IMG/VR virus record: IMGVR_UViG_3300015171_000001
Location: 32,001 to 96,000 of that record
Strand: one strand, 5' to 3'
DNA from: a virus
DNA length: 64,000 nt
Shown one piece after another: positions 6,840 through 18,031 of this stretch (positions are counted from its first letter, which is position 1; every line of letters begins with the position of its first letter). The notes below the pieces were generated by a model. It was not told where the DNA came from, ran no database searches, and was given only the letters and a program-made list of their open reading frames with translations. Position numbers and translations under genes: made by a program.

Positions 6840-7646
6840 ATGTCCAAAGGATATAGAGTACCATCAGAAAACGTGTCTTCAGAAAAAATGTATTTTAAAG
6901 AAGAAAATCAAATAGCAATTCTAGAATATATTAAAGAACAGGATATTAAAGTTAGAGAACATTTATATGAAAACAAAATAAAAAGACCTTTTGAAAAATT
7001 GGCGGAGAATGTTTTTAATACATTTAAATTTCAATATTTTGAGGTAGGTCCTCTTGATGCTCAGCGCGAATGCATCACACATTTGATGGAAAATATTCAT
7101 AAATTTACTGAATTTAAAAATGATGACGAAAAATATCAATTTGATGAAGATCTTAAATTATATTGCATAGATCCAAAAACAAAACAAAGAACTAAAAATC
7201 AAGCATTTTCATATTTTTCAGTAGTTGCAAAACATTTTTATATTGGTAGAAATAATAATAATTACAAAAACAATCAGCGACATGTGGATTTTAATGATTG
7301 CCCAATGAATCAAAAAGAATTTGTTGTTGATTCTGAGAATTCTTCTAAAAAAACTTATTTAAAAGAATTTATTCCATTGATGATTAATTTCTGGGAAAAA
7401 AATATTAATAATTTATTCTCAAAAGAGAGAGATATTATTATTGCTAATTCAATTATTCACTTATTTAGAAGAACCGCTCATATAGAAGAATTTAATAAAA
7501 AAGCAATTTATTTATATATTAGAGAAATGACAAATTGTAAAACCCAACATATTACTAAAGTTGTTAATAAAATGATGAGTTGCCAGAAAAACTTATCTAG
7601 AGAATTTAAGAATACTGGACTTGTTACTCAAGAAATGTCCAATTAA
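6840..7646 (+). CDS. gp55-like late-transcription sigma factor
   Basis: KLAENVFNTFKF, CITHLMENIHKF and AFSYFSVVAK resemble sigma region 2 of T4 gp55 (NPFAYFT); lies immediately before the late genes. Confidence 0.65.
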   Translation: MSKGYRVPSENVSSEKMYFKEENQIAILEYIKEQDIKVREHLYENKIKRPFEKLAENVFNTFKFQYFEVGPLDAQRECITHLMENIHKFTEFKNDDEKYQFDEDLKLYCIDPKTKQRTKNQAFSYFSVVAKHFYIGRNNNNYKNNQRHVDFNDCPMNQKEFVVDSENSSKKTYLKEFIPLMINFWEKNINNLFSKERDIIIANSIIHLFRRTAHIEEFNKKAIYLYIREMTNCKTQHITKVVNKMMSCQKNLSREFKNTGLVTQEMSN

Positions 7647-7670
7647 ATAAGTTTTAAACTATTTATATCT

Positions 7671-8081
7671 ATGGATTTAAAAGAAATAGAGATATTTGGT
7701 GGAAAAAATGCTTCTCAATTGGCCGAAGAGATTTACAGAAATTCTTTGGACAAAAGAAATCAAATAGATGTTATAATTTCCGAGTTACGAAGTCTAGTAA
7801 AAGGACTAAATGACGCTGTAATGATTGTACCATTAATAAAAGATCAACTAGATGTTGGTGTTAAAAATGATGAACAATTATTAAAATTATTTGCTATTAT
7901 TCAAAGAATAAATGCTAATAATGAAAATGCTAATTCATCTGATGGTGGCGGAATGTTAATAAGTGATGAAGAAAAAGCAGCTATTATGAAAGAAATAGAA
8001 GAGTCTCAAAAAATCAATAAGAAAATTGATAAGAAAATTCAAGAAGGGGAATCAAGTGTCTTACATAAAAGTAAACAATAA
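7671..8081 (+). CDS. helical hypothetical protein
   Basis: 136 aa ORF preceded by TATTTATA. Confidence 0.7.
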   Translation: MDLKEIEIFGGKNASQLAEEIYRNSLDKRNQIDVIISELRSLVKGLNDAVMIVPLIKDQLDVGVKNDEQLLKLFAIIQRINANNENANSSDGGGMLISDEEKAAIMKEIEESQKINKKIDKKIQEGESSVLHKSKQ

Positions 8082-9441
8082 ATGTCAACCAATTAAAAGA
8101 CAAACTGGTGGTTTACTAGATAGATCCTATAAATCTACCGAAGCCGATTCTAATTTTTATGAGTTGGAACCTGCTATTGTTATAGACATTATTTTAGACA
8201 GTCACCATCCAGCTTTCACGCAAACAATTTATGATATTAATGATTTTCCATTAAGATCTGATGGAACATCACACACCACAAACGACCCAGATTATTCTTG
8301 GATAGGTAAAGCGAAGATTAGATTATTTTATAGTGATCAAGGAAAAGAAGTTTCTAAAATGGTGTGGGCAACTCCATTAGAAAACAATATTAAAGAATAT
8401 CCTTTAATTAATGAAGTAGTTATTGTTGCAAAATATTTTGAAAAATATTATTATACAAGAAAACTAAATTTCAAAAATACAATTAATTCCAATGCAGATT
8501 TTCTTTTTGAAAAAAGAGCAAGTTTAAATAATACTTCTGCTGGTGTTGGAAAAGGAGTCTCTAGTCAAATAAATGTTAATCCAATTTCAACAAATTCTAA
8601 TGGAGTTTTAGGAAAATATTTTCAATTTAATAATAAAATAAGACCATTACAATCTTATGAGGGCGATTCTATAATAGAAAGTAGATTTGGATCTTCCATT
8701 AGATTTGGTGCATATATTGACAATCCAAGCATTGATTCCGATTTTGGAAATCCCTCTATATTGATTAGAAATGTTCAACGACCATTAGTAGGAAATGAAA
8801 CAATAATTAATACGCCATTAACAGAAGATGTAAATAAAGATGGATCTTCCATTCAAATTACTTCTGGAAAAAGTATAAGTAATTGGATAACAACTGTTGG
8901 AATGTCTACATCATTTACAAAATTGAATAGTAGTGATTTAACTAATAACCAGATTATTATTAATACAGACAGATTAATATTATCCTCTAGAGAAAACGAA
9001 ATATTTAACTTTTCTAAAAAAAGATATGCTATCGTAACTGATGATGAATTTACGGTAGATTCTAATAAAGGAATGACTCATTATACTAACGAAACTTTTG
9101 ATTTGTTTGCAAAAAAAACAATAACAATCAATTCAAATGAGGAAACAATAATAAATTCAAATCAAATATATTTAGGAGACACAAATAAAACACAGCCTGC
9201 TATATTAGGAAACAATTGTATAGATATATTGAATGAATTAATAAATTGGTTAAAAATGCATACGCATTGGTATAAACATTCCCATAAAAATGCTGGTGAA
9301 GCAGAGCCAGATGTGACACAGCAACCAGTTGAACTACAGCAATTAATAGAAATTCAATCAAAATTAACATCTATGTTAAGTGACCGCGTATTTATTGTAG
9401 ATAAAAATTTATTACCACAAGTGTATGTACAAGATAGATAA
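8026..9441 (+). CDS. baseplate central spike/hub protein (gp5/gpV-like); start uncertain
   Basis: N-terminal OB-like region (GKAKIR..YPLINEVV), ESRFGSSIRFG, beta-rich repeats, C-terminal HTHWYKHSH; upstream of gp25. Confidence 0.65.
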   Translation: MIRKFKKGNQVSYIKVNNKCQPIKRQTGGLLDRSYKSTEADSNFYELEPAIVIDIILDSHHPAFTQTIYDINDFPLRSDGTSHTTNDPDYSWIGKAKIRLFYSDQGKEVSKMVWATPLENNIKEYPLINEVVIVAKYFEKYYYTRKLNFKNTINSNADFLFEKRASLNNTSAGVGKGVSSQINVNPISTNSNGVLGKYFQFNNKIRPLQSYEGDSIIESRFGSSIRFGAYIDNPSIDSDFGNPSILIRNVQRPLVGNETIINTPLTEDVNKDGSSIQITSGKSISNWITTVGMSTSFTKLNSSDLTNNQIIINTDRLILSSRENEIFNFSKKRYAIVTDDEFTVDSNKGMTHYTNETFDLFAKKTITINSNEETIINSNQIYLGDTNKTQPAILGNNCIDILNELINWLKMHTHWYKHSHKNAGEAEPDVTQQPVELQQLIEIQSKLTSMLSDRVFIVDKNLLPQVYVQDR

Positions 9442-9444
9442 AAT

Positions 9445-9852
9445 ATGAAAATAGAAGAATTAAAAATTATAATCGAGGAATGTGTTAGAAAAGTTATTAA
9501 GGAAGAACTATCAAATAAAGGTATTTTAGCGGAAACAAAAAAATCACCAATTTCTCCTATTAATAAAATTATTCCAAAAGAAAAACTTTTGGGATTGTCG
9601 GGATTGCCTATTAACAAAATAAAATTAAAAACAGGAAATGTTTTATTAGACAACGTATTGGCAGAAACTACTGGAGGAATTCCACAACAAGATGGGTCAT
9701 CTGTGATGCAGATGCTTCCTATGCAATCAATGTTAAATGAATCTAATGAATCTGAAATAAAGGAAAATGCTCCAGAAGTATACAAAGCAATGACAAGAGA
9801 TTACTCATCTATGTTGAAAAAGATGGAACAAATAAAGCCTTCTAAAAAATAA
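9445..9852 (+). CDS. hypothetical virion protein with LKxIIxEC N-terminal motif
   Basis: MKIEELKIIIEECVRKVIKEEL. Confidence 0.7.
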   Translation: MKIEELKIIIEECVRKVIKEELSNKGILAETKKSPISPINKIIPKEKLLGLSGLPINKIKLKTGNVLLDNVLAETTGGIPQQDGSSVMQMLPMQSMLNESNESEIKENAPEVYKAMTRDYSSMLKKMEQIKPSKK

Positions 9853-9896
9853 ATTGATAACTTGATTGAGATTAGGATATTTTTATATTTATATAG

Positions 9897-10289
9897 ATGC
9901 TGCCTCAAAATCAAATACCAATTGGAATAATTTTTCCTATAAGATTAGGTAATAGTGGATATTTTGAACAATCATTTGATACAATAACTCAAATTACAAC
10001 AAATTTAATTAATTTTTTTTCTACTAAAAAAGGAGAACGTCCATTAAATCCAGAATTTGGGACAGATTTATTTTCTAATTTAATGGAAGAAGATACAGAT
10101 TCTTTAAAAATAATAGCTCAAAATATAATACAATCTGAACTGAGTTTATATTTTTCAACATTACAATTTGTTTCTGCAACTATAAGCAATGTATCTGATT
10201 CAGATAGAAATGTTCAACGCATATCGATTACTGTGCAAGAAACATTGAGTACAGAATTTATAAACATAGAGGTGATTTCAAATATATGA
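9897..10289 (+). CDS. gp25: baseplate wedge/sheath initiator, gp25-like
   Basis: NL..FFSTKKGERPLNPEFG motif. Confidence 0.9.
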   Translation: MLPQNQIPIGIIFPIRLGNSGYFEQSFDTITQITTNLINFFSTKKGERPLNPEFGTDLFSNLMEEDTDSLKIIAQNIIQSELSLYFSTLQFVSATISNVSDSDRNVQRISITVQETLSTEFINIEVISNI

Positions 10290-12190
10290 TAACATCCACA
10301 AACAAATCTTTTACGCCAAATTCAAAGAATGTTAGTTATCTTAATAAAGATTTTGATTCTCTGAAAAATGCGTTAATTACATTTGCACAAACATATTATC
10401 CAAATACATATAAGGATTTTAATTCCGCTTCTCCAGGAATGATGTTTATTGAATTGGCGGCGTATGTGGGTGATGTATTGTCATTTTATATTGATTATCA
10501 GTTTAAAGAATCTCTGATGGAATATGCGGAGGAAAGAAAAAATTTAATAACACTTGCTAGATTTTTAGGTTATAAAACAAAAGTCACATCTCCATCCGTT
10601 ACAACATTAGATGTTTTTCAAGTTATACCAGCATTACAAAACGATGATGGAACATACAGTCCAGATTATAAATACGCATTATCCATTCAAGAGGGGATGT
10701 CAGTAAAAGGATCTTCTGGAATATCTTTTAGAACTTTATCATCAATTGATTTTTCTATAAATACAAATACAGATCCTACAGAAATTTCTATATATAATAG
10801 AGATCAATCAGGAAATCCTCAATTATTTTTATTAAAAAAATCTGTTGGGGCAACATCAGGAACGATTGTTACAAGAAATTATAACATTGGAGATTCTCAA
10901 CAATTTTATAGAATCAATTTACCAGAGAATAATATTATAGAAATAACTGGTGTTGTGGATAGCAATAATAATAATTGGTACGAAGTTGATTGTTTGGCAC
11001 AAGAATTAGTTTTTGAAAGTATTCCAAATAATGAAATTTATCAGACCACATTTTCTACATATAAAAACACAGTTCCATATATTATAAGTGCATTAAAAAC
11101 ATCTAATAGATTTATTACTGGTGTGTATGATGACAACACAACATATTTGGAATTTGGTGCTGGAACAAATACATCTGCTGATGAGTTAATAATTCCTAGT
11201 ATAAATACTGTAGGAAAGGGATTGACACAACAAATAAGAGACAATGTTTCTTATGATCCTTCTAATTTTCTAAAAACAAAAACTTATGGTGCTGCTCCAT
11301 CAAATACAACATTAACAATAACATATGTAATTGGAGGTGGTATTGAGTCAAATATTAATACGGGAGACTTAAATTCCGTAACAAATATAACATATCTAAA
11401 TGATATAAATGATTTTTCTTCAAACGAGCAACAATTAGTTAATGTTGTTAGAAATTCGTTATCTATAATAAATTCAAGTCCTGCTGTTGGTGGTGCTGGT
11501 CCAGAAACAACTGATGAAATTAGACAAAATGGACTAGGTAATTTCTTTTCACAAAATAGAATAGTTACAAAAGACGATTATATTATTAGAATTTATGGTA
11601 TGCCTCAAAAATTTGGAGCCATTGCAAAAACATATCTTATTCAAGATCAATCTATTGATATGAATAATGTATTATATAAAGAGAATAATAATCAATTTGC
11701 TATAAATCTATACACTCTTTGTTATGATAATAACAAAAATTTAACACAACCAAATGATGCTGTTCTATATAATTTAAAAAATTATTTGGATAGATATAGA
11801 ATGATAACAGATTCAATAAACATTTACTCAGGATTTATAATTAATATTGGAGTAAAATTTCAAATATTAACTTATAAAAACTATAATAAACAACAAGTTT
11901 TGTCAAATTGCATAGTTGCTGTTCAAAATTTCTTTAATATTGATTTGTGGAATTTCAATGATGTTATAAATTTAAACAGTTTGCAATTGGAAATAGCTAA
12001 AGTAGCTGGTGTTCAAAGCGTTTCTAATTTACAAATATACAACCTAACATCAAATGATGGTGATGGATACTCTTCAAATGCATATGATTTTAATAAAGCT
12101 ACTGTGGATAATATAGTATATCCTTCTTTAGATCCTTGCATTTTTGAATTAAAATATCCCAACACAGACATTATTGGAAGCGCAAATTAA
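10286..12190 (+). CDS. gp6: baseplate wedge protein, gp6/Baseplate J-like
   Basis: DFDSLK..L, MFIELAAYVGDVLSFY, FGAG, GGAGPET.DEIR, QNRIVTKDDY. Confidence 0.9.
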   Translation: MITSTNKSFTPNSKNVSYLNKDFDSLKNALITFAQTYYPNTYKDFNSASPGMMFIELAAYVGDVLSFYIDYQFKESLMEYAEERKNLITLARFLGYKTKVTSPSVTTLDVFQVIPALQNDDGTYSPDYKYALSIQEGMSVKGSSGISFRTLSSIDFSINTNTDPTEISIYNRDQSGNPQLFLLKKSVGATSGTIVTRNYNIGDSQQFYRINLPENNIIEITGVVDSNNNNWYEVDCLAQELVFESIPNNEIYQTTFSTYKNTVPYIISALKTSNRFITGVYDDNTTYLEFGAGTNTSADELIIPSINTVGKGLTQQIRDNVSYDPSNFLKTKTYGAAPSNTTLTITYVIGGGIESNINTGDLNSVTNITYLNDINDFSSNEQQLVNVVRNSLSIINSSPAVGGAGPETTDEIRQNGLGNFFSQNRIVTKDDYIIRIYGMPQKFGAIAKTYLIQDQSIDMNNVLYKENNNQFAINLYTLCYDNNKNLTQPNDAVLYNLKNYLDRYRMITDSINIYSGFIINIGVKFQILTYKNYNKQQVLSNCIVAVQNFFNIDLWNFNDVINLNSLQLEIAKVAGVQSVSNLQIYNLTSNDGDGYSSNAYDFNKATVDNIVYPSLDPCIFELKYPNTDIIGSAN

Positions 12191-12210
12191 TTTGACACAT
12201 ATTTATTTGC

Positions 12211-13371
12211 ATGGCAGTTATTAGACTTTTTCCAACACAAGATACATATATTACAAATAATACCTTATTATTAAATAATAATTTTGGTATAGATGAGGTA
12301 TTGTTATTACAAAAGTCTTCAATATTCAATCCTAGACAATATAGATTGTCTCAAACACAATCTTTTCAAGAAGAAGTTGATTCTCGAATTTTAATACAAT
12401 TTGATTTAAATAAAGTTTCATCTCAAGTTTCGGGAGGAGTTATTCAAAATCCAAAATGTTTTTTAAATCTAAAAACATTAAATGCAGTTGAACTTCCTTT
12501 AAATTATAATATCGATATATTTCCCGTCTCACAGAGTTGGAATATGGGGACGGGGAGAAGTGCTGTAAATGTACAAAACGGAGCAAGTTGGAAGTATAAA
12601 GACAATTATAGCGGGTCCTATTGGATAAGTGGATCACAACCATTTGATAAATCTGGCGGCGGAACTTATTATGTCGGAAGTGTTTTCAATCACTTAAATA
12701 TTAACACATCTTCATTTTTATATAATTTTTGCAATTATTCATCTTCATTACAAATATCTCAATCTTTTTCATATCAAGATTCTGATATTAATGTTGATGT
12801 GACTGATATAGTTAGAAGTTGGGTGTGTGGACAAATTCCAAATAATGGATTTCTCATAACATATCCAACCGCAAGTGATGGTATAGATTATGGATCATTA
12901 CAATTTTATTCTAAAGACACAAACACAATATATTCTCCTTATTTAGAAATAAAGTGGGATGATTCTATTTATAATACAGGATCTTTAAATTCAGCCTCTT
13001 TAAATAAAGTAGTTTATGCCAATAATTTAGGAAAACAATATAAACAAAACTCTTATTCAAGAATAAACGTATTTGCAAGAGAATTATATCCATTAAAAAC
13101 ATTTAATAAATTTTTCTTTGGATATATTGATTTAACATATTTACCAAAAACCAGTTATTATTCTATTTTAGATGCTGAGAGCAGAGAAATTATTATTGAT
13201 TTTGATGATAATTTTACAAAAATAAGTTGTGATTCGTGTGGAAATTATTTTATGTTAAATATGTGTGGACTTCCTCAAGAAAGATTTTTCAAAATATCAT
13301 TTAAAATTATAGAATCTGATGGAAGTATAAATTTTTATGAAGATCCAAATTATTTTAAAGTCGTTAGATAA
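12211..13371 (+). CDS. virion structural protein with DNRLRE/CBM96-like beta domain
   Basis: QDTYIT..NFG, SRILIQFDL, DVTDIVRSW..NNGF, FYSKD..PYLEIKW. Confidence 0.6.
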   Translation: MAVIRLFPTQDTYITNNTLLLNNNFGIDEVLLLQKSSIFNPRQYRLSQTQSFQEEVDSRILIQFDLNKVSSQVSGGVIQNPKCFLNLKTLNAVELPLNYNIDIFPVSQSWNMGTGRSAVNVQNGASWKYKDNYSGSYWISGSQPFDKSGGGTYYVGSVFNHLNINTSSFLYNFCNYSSSLQISQSFSYQDSDINVDVTDIVRSWVCGQIPNNGFLITYPTASDGIDYGSLQFYSKDTNTIYSPYLEIKWDDSIYNTGSLNSASLNKVVYANNLGKQYKQNSYSRINVFARELYPLKTFNKFFFGYIDLTYLPKTSYYSILDAESREIIIDFDDNFTKISCDSCGNYFMLNMCGLPQERFFKISFKIIESDGSINFYEDPNYFKVVR

Positions 13372-13871
13372 TGAAAAATTTTACAGATTATTTACAAGTT
13401 TTTGACAGTATAGAACTTCAAAATATTTTATCGAGTGGTTCTAGTGGATCTTATTTTACACCAGTGACAAATTCATTAGGTAAGATTTTATTAAATTATT
13501 CTCAATCTAGTGTCACGGGAAGTTGTATTTTTATTCCATTAATAAATTATACATACGATGAAACAAAAGCAATGTCTTTATATGGAATAACATCGAGTAT
13601 AACAAATATAACCTCGCAATCTATAAATAGTTCATCTGTAAGTACATCTGTAGATTTTAGATCTCTTTATTTACAAACATTAAATCAAAAAACAAATTTG
13701 GAAACTCAATTAAACACAATTGTCAGTCAAAGTATTGACACGAGTGCTTTGTCAGATGTGTCGGCAGCAAAATCAGTAATTGAGAATCTTAGAATACAAT
13801 TAAGTCAGGGTGTTTCTTCTTCAGATTTTTCTGATATATTTCCTTATTTACCAATCACGAATAATAGATAA
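13371..13871 (+). CDS. hypothetical baseplate-region protein
   Basis: TAATG-coupled to both neighbours. Confidence 0.7.
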   Translation: MKNFTDYLQVFDSIELQNILSSGSSGSYFTPVTNSLGKILLNYSQSSVTGSCIFIPLINYTYDETKAMSLYGITSSITNITSQSINSSSVSTSVDFRSLYLQTLNQKTNLETQLNTIVSQSIDTSALSDVSAAKSVIENLRIQLSQGVSSSDFSDIFPYLPITNNR

Positions 13872-16800
13872 TGAGTTTTATTAATCAAATAGGCAGTGGT
13901 AGTTTATATTCATTTTTAGACGAATCTGATTTAGATTTTATCCAAAATGGACAGTATGTACCAGAATTTGGCACGTATGAAAATGATGTTTTAGAGTGCT
14001 CTATTTTTGATTACAACAATAATTTATTATCTTGGAGTGTTGATTATCCATCTAACAATTTTACAGAAATAAATACAATCTACAATGGAACAGATGGTGT
14101 TAATTATCCTTTAAATTATAAATTATTTAAAGGATATTTTCAAAATAGCGATGGAAATTTGTTAATAAATCCAGTGTTTTTCTTACAACAAAATAATCTT
14201 CCACAAGGGGATTATAAAATAAAGTTTTTTCCGACAAAAAACTTTTTGGGGAGTGATGTATCTAATGAAAAATTAAAAGTTATTTCTATAAATAATAATG
14301 GAACACAAGTAAATTGCGTCCCTAATACATCATATAATGCTACTTCTTCTGAAGAAATAAATTTCAATAAACAATATAACGATTTTATTCAAAATAAAAT
14401 ATATGTTAAATATATTTCTCAAGAAATTATAAATCAAATAAATTCTCCTGAATTAAATCAAAATTATCAATCTGTTAAAAAATCAAACCAAAACATATTT
14501 AATGAGATTTCTCTAAATTACGCTTTTATAAATGATTCTGCCTATTATAATTTCATATTCAATGTTTATTCAATAATTTCAAATTACTATCAGTATTTTA
14601 TTTTATCAAATTATGATTCTGTATTCTTTTATGATGAAATAAAAAATGTATTTTATAATTATATAATTTCTACAATTAATTCCTCATTAAATCAAATAAG
14701 ATCTACATTAACTCCATATTTTCAAAAAAATCACGATCAATATGTAAATTTCTTTTTTAATATTTTTGCACCAACTATTGATTTTGATTCTATTTTTGAA
14801 AATTATTCTTCTAACTTTTTTGGAATATTTAAATATTCTTTAAATTTTGGAAATGATAATATCTACCCATATTTAAATTTCACAACAATTCCGCAGGATA
14901 ATAATCACACAATTATTTCTTTCTTAATAGAACCTTCTATTTTAAATGATATTTCTATTGGAGATTATTGTTGGATAATAAATAATGTAGCACTCCCTAT
15001 TGAGCAAGAATATTTAATTTATGGTTCTTCTCCAGATACATTAAATTATTTACAGGGACCAAATCTCCAATTAAAAACACAAATTTTTGGAAGTTCTACT
15101 AAACAATTAAGTTATTCCCAATTAACAAAAAATCAATCTTCTTTACAAAAGATAAATTCTTATTTTTCACAATCTCTTCAAATTGGAAAAATTAATGTAG
15201 ATTATAGATATTTTGAGAATTTTATTAATTTTTCTAGTGCTCAACAAAGATTAAATAATTATAATTATAAATTAACAACAATTTCTCAATTATCAGAAGA
15301 ACAAAATACTTTATTAATAGAGGCAAATAATAATTTAGACATATATTATCAATCAGAATCTATTGATTTAAATACTAAAACCCAAACTGTACTAAATAGT
15401 TTCGATGGTTATGAGAATTTTTTATATCAAAATCCAAATTGGTATGATATACATAGTTCTCAAGTTGGGGCTGGGGCGAATTCTTATACATCAGCATCAT
15501 TATATGATTCATTTAATAATAATAATTTATTAGTGAGTACTCCTGAATTCATAAGGAGCAATTCAGATAATCAAGATTATTTAACGTTTGTTCAAATGAT
15601 CGGACAATTTTTTGATCAAATTTGGTTACATATTAAAGAAATGCCTTCATTAAAATATCCAGAAAATAATGATGATTTGGGAATTTCAAAAGAACTTATT
15701 TGGAACATACTTTCGTCATTTGGGTTTGAATTAGATTCTGGATTTAATGATACTGATTTATTGTTAAGTATTTTGGGACAAGATGGAGATGGAAATACTA
15801 TAGAGACGACTCCAAGTCAAGATAGAACAAAAACAATTTGGAGAAGAATATTAGCATGTCTCCCATATATGTTAAAAACAAAAGGTTCTCAGGAATGTAT
15901 TAAATACTTACTGTCTTGTTATGGAATCCCAGATGGACTTTTTAGAATTAGAGAATTTTCTGGATTGAGAAATTCATATATTCAAACAAATGATTCCAAT
16001 TTTATATTTGATTCTGGAGATTTTTCATTGAGATTTATTTCTGGAAGTGAATATTTGAGTCTTCCATTTTATTCTGGGTCACAAACAGTAGAAATGAAAT
16101 TTGCATTTGATACTTCAAAAAATTATATTTCTGGGTCACAATATCAATTATTTTCAGGAGATGACACTTGGGCATGTGGGTTAATTAGAGATGTTGGAAC
16201 ATATTGGGGAAGAGGATATTTTACTATTCAATATTCTGGAAGTTATTTATCTGCTATAACTGATAAAGTTCCGGTTTTTAATGGAGATACATTTTCATTT
16301 GTATTTAGAAAATATGATAAAAATATTTATTTTGATCCAACACAAACAACCAGTTCAATTGATTTAATACCATTGCAATATGAAATTATTGTCACAAATA
16401 ATCAAGAGGACTCAATAAATTTTGATCAAAGAGCTTCTGTTATTTTGAGCAGTTCTTATAATACTACATTTAAAAGTGCATCAATATTATATTTTGGAAA
16501 TTATAATTCACCGGCATCTTTTTATGGAAATGTAGAACAAATAAAAGTGTGGAAAAGATTTATTCCAGACGACAGAATTGCTTCTCATGTAATGTTTAAT
16601 GATTCTTATGATAGTGATGATTATACAACAAATGTGTCTGATTTATTAGTAAATTTAAATTTTATCAATCCTACAAATTTATATACATCAAGCAACGTAT
16701 CATATATTCAAAACGAATCCTATAATCAAAATTTTGTAACATATATTACTGCTTCTAATTTTCCAGATTTAGATATAAATTCACAATCATTGTCAGATTG

Positions 16801-17986
16801 TAAATGTGATACAATTGATACTATAATCTCCGCATCATTTCCATGGCAATTTTCGGAAAAGATTGTAACAAATTATGCATCTGTTCCAAGTTTTGGTTCT
16901 CCAATCTATTCAAATTCAAAAATAAGATTGGGTTCACAAAGTTTAGTGGCACCATTGTCTCCTACAGAACGAGCTACAGAAAGATCAATAACATTATATC
17001 AAAATGATACAAATAAAGTGGGAGTATATTTCTCTCCAATAGATTTGGTAAATGATGATATTTTAAAATTCTTCGGAAATTTAGACTTATCAGATATTAT
17101 AGGAACTCCTGCAAATGTTTATGACAGACAATATACTCAATTAAAATCTTTTATATTGTCTTATTTTAAATATGGATCGTTGAGTTTTGATAATATTTTT
17201 TATATAAATGTCGTAAAATCTTATTTTGATAAAAGCATATTCAAACAAATTGAGAAATTAGTTCCCGCAAAATCCAAATTAATCACTGGTCTTTTAATTG
17301 AGCCACATATTTTGGAAAGACCAAAAATAAAATATAGTCCTCCAATTGTTTTATTAGAAAACAATTTTGCATCTAGTTTAAATGTAAAACCTGCCCCAAA
17401 ATCTTCATTATTTCCAAGATTGTCAGATACAGTATCATTTAATTTTGGGGTAAAAGAAAATGCAATGAACATATCTGGACTAATATCACAAACAGGAAAT
17501 TCTTCATTTGAAAATAATTACTTTACATATATTGAGGATGATCCGTTATTATTTAAAACATATACACAAAATGGATTACTAATTTCTTTAGAAAAAACAG
17601 ATGTGTATTACACAACAAAATATTATAAATTGGAATTATTTAATAAAAAATTTAGTAAAGCCTCTGATAATGGAGACGGAACATTTTCGACATCTTCTAA
17701 AAATATTAAAAAATTAAATTTAATACCCATTTCTTCAATAGATTCATTTAATTCTACTCCATTAACATTTTCCGACTCAATTATATACAAAGGATCAAAT
17801 ACAAATCACTCTAGATATAGAAGAAGAATATTTAAAAGTATAAGTAGGCAAGACTCAACTACCACAATAGATCCAACAAGTGGAATCGAAAATGGTTCTT
17901 TGCCAATAGTCTCCACACAAGTAGATAGTGGAACGCTTTCGGTAGGAAATCAAAATTCTGGAGTTATTTTAAATACAAATAGCTAA
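13871..17986 (+). CDS. large baseplate wedge protein (gp7/tail protein I-like core plus LamG-like region)
   Basis: MIGQFFDQIW..I, LPYMLKTKGS..I..LLSCYG.P, LVPA; position in the baseplate block. Confidence 0.6.
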   Translation: MSFINQIGSGSLYSFLDESDLDFIQNGQYVPEFGTYENDVLECSIFDYNNNLLSWSVDYPSNNFTEINTIYNGTDGVNYPLNYKLFKGYFQNSDGNLLINPVFFLQQNNLPQGDYKIKFFPTKNFLGSDVSNEKLKVISINNNGTQVNCVPNTSYNATSSEEINFNKQYNDFIQNKIYVKYISQEIINQINSPELNQNYQSVKKSNQNIFNEISLNYAFINDSAYYNFIFNVYSIISNYYQYFILSNYDSVFFYDEIKNVFYNYIISTINSSLNQIRSTLTPYFQKNHDQYVNFFFNIFAPTIDFDSIFENYSSNFFGIFKYSLNFGNDNIYPYLNFTTIPQDNNHTIISFLIEPSILNDISIGDYCWIINNVALPIEQEYLIYGSSPDTLNYLQGPNLQLKTQIFGSSTKQLSYSQLTKNQSSLQKINSYFSQSLQIGKINVDYRYFENFINFSSAQQRLNNYNYKLTTISQLSEEQNTLLIEANNNLDIYYQSESIDLNTKTQTVLNSFDGYENFLYQNPNWYDIHSSQVGAGANSYTSASLYDSFNNNNLLVSTPEFIRSNSDNQDYLTFVQMIGQFFDQIWLHIKEMPSLKYPENNDDLGISKELIWNILSSFGFELDSGFNDTDLLLSILGQDGDGNTIETTPSQDRTKTIWRRILACLPYMLKTKGSQECIKYLLSCYGIPDGLFRIREFSGLRNSYIQTNDSNFIFDSGDFSLRFISGSEYLSLPFYSGSQTVEMKFAFDTSKNYISGSQYQLFSGDDTWACGLIRDVGTYWGRGYFTIQYSGSYLSAITDKVPVFNGDTFSFVFRKYDKNIYFDPTQTTSSIDLIPLQYEIIVTNNQEDSINFDQRASVILSSSYNTTFKSASILYFGNYNSPASFYGNVEQIKVWKRFIPDDRIASHVMFNDSYDSDDYTTNVSDLLVNLNFINPTNLYTSSNVSYIQNESYNQNFVTYITASNFPDLDINSQSLSDCKCDTIDTIISASFPWQFSEKIVTNYASVPSFGSPIYSNSKIRLGSQSLVAPLSPTERATERSITLYQNDTNKVGVYFSPIDLVNDDILKFFGNLDLSDIIGTPANVYDRQYTQLKSFILSYFKYGSLSFDNIFYINVVKSYFDKSIFKQIEKLVPAKSKLITGLLIEPHILERPKIKYSPPIVLLENNFASSLNVKPAPKSSLFPRLSDTVSFNFGVKENAMNISGLISQTGNSSFENNYFTYIEDDPLLFKTYTQNGLLISLEKTDVYYTTKYYKLELFNKKFSKASDNGDGTFSTSSKNIKKLNLIPISSIDSFNSTPLTFSDSIIYKGSNTNHSRYRRRIFKSISRQDSTTTIDPTSGIENGSLPIVSTQVDSGTLSVGNQNSGVILNTNS

Positions 17987-18031
17987 TTTTTATAAAATTT
18001 AATAGTTATGTATAATCATTAAGAAAAAATT

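Noticed and set aside
7671-8081. Calling this ORF or 32493..33104 the small terminase
   Set aside because: Only helical content or gene position supports it; no recognisable motif
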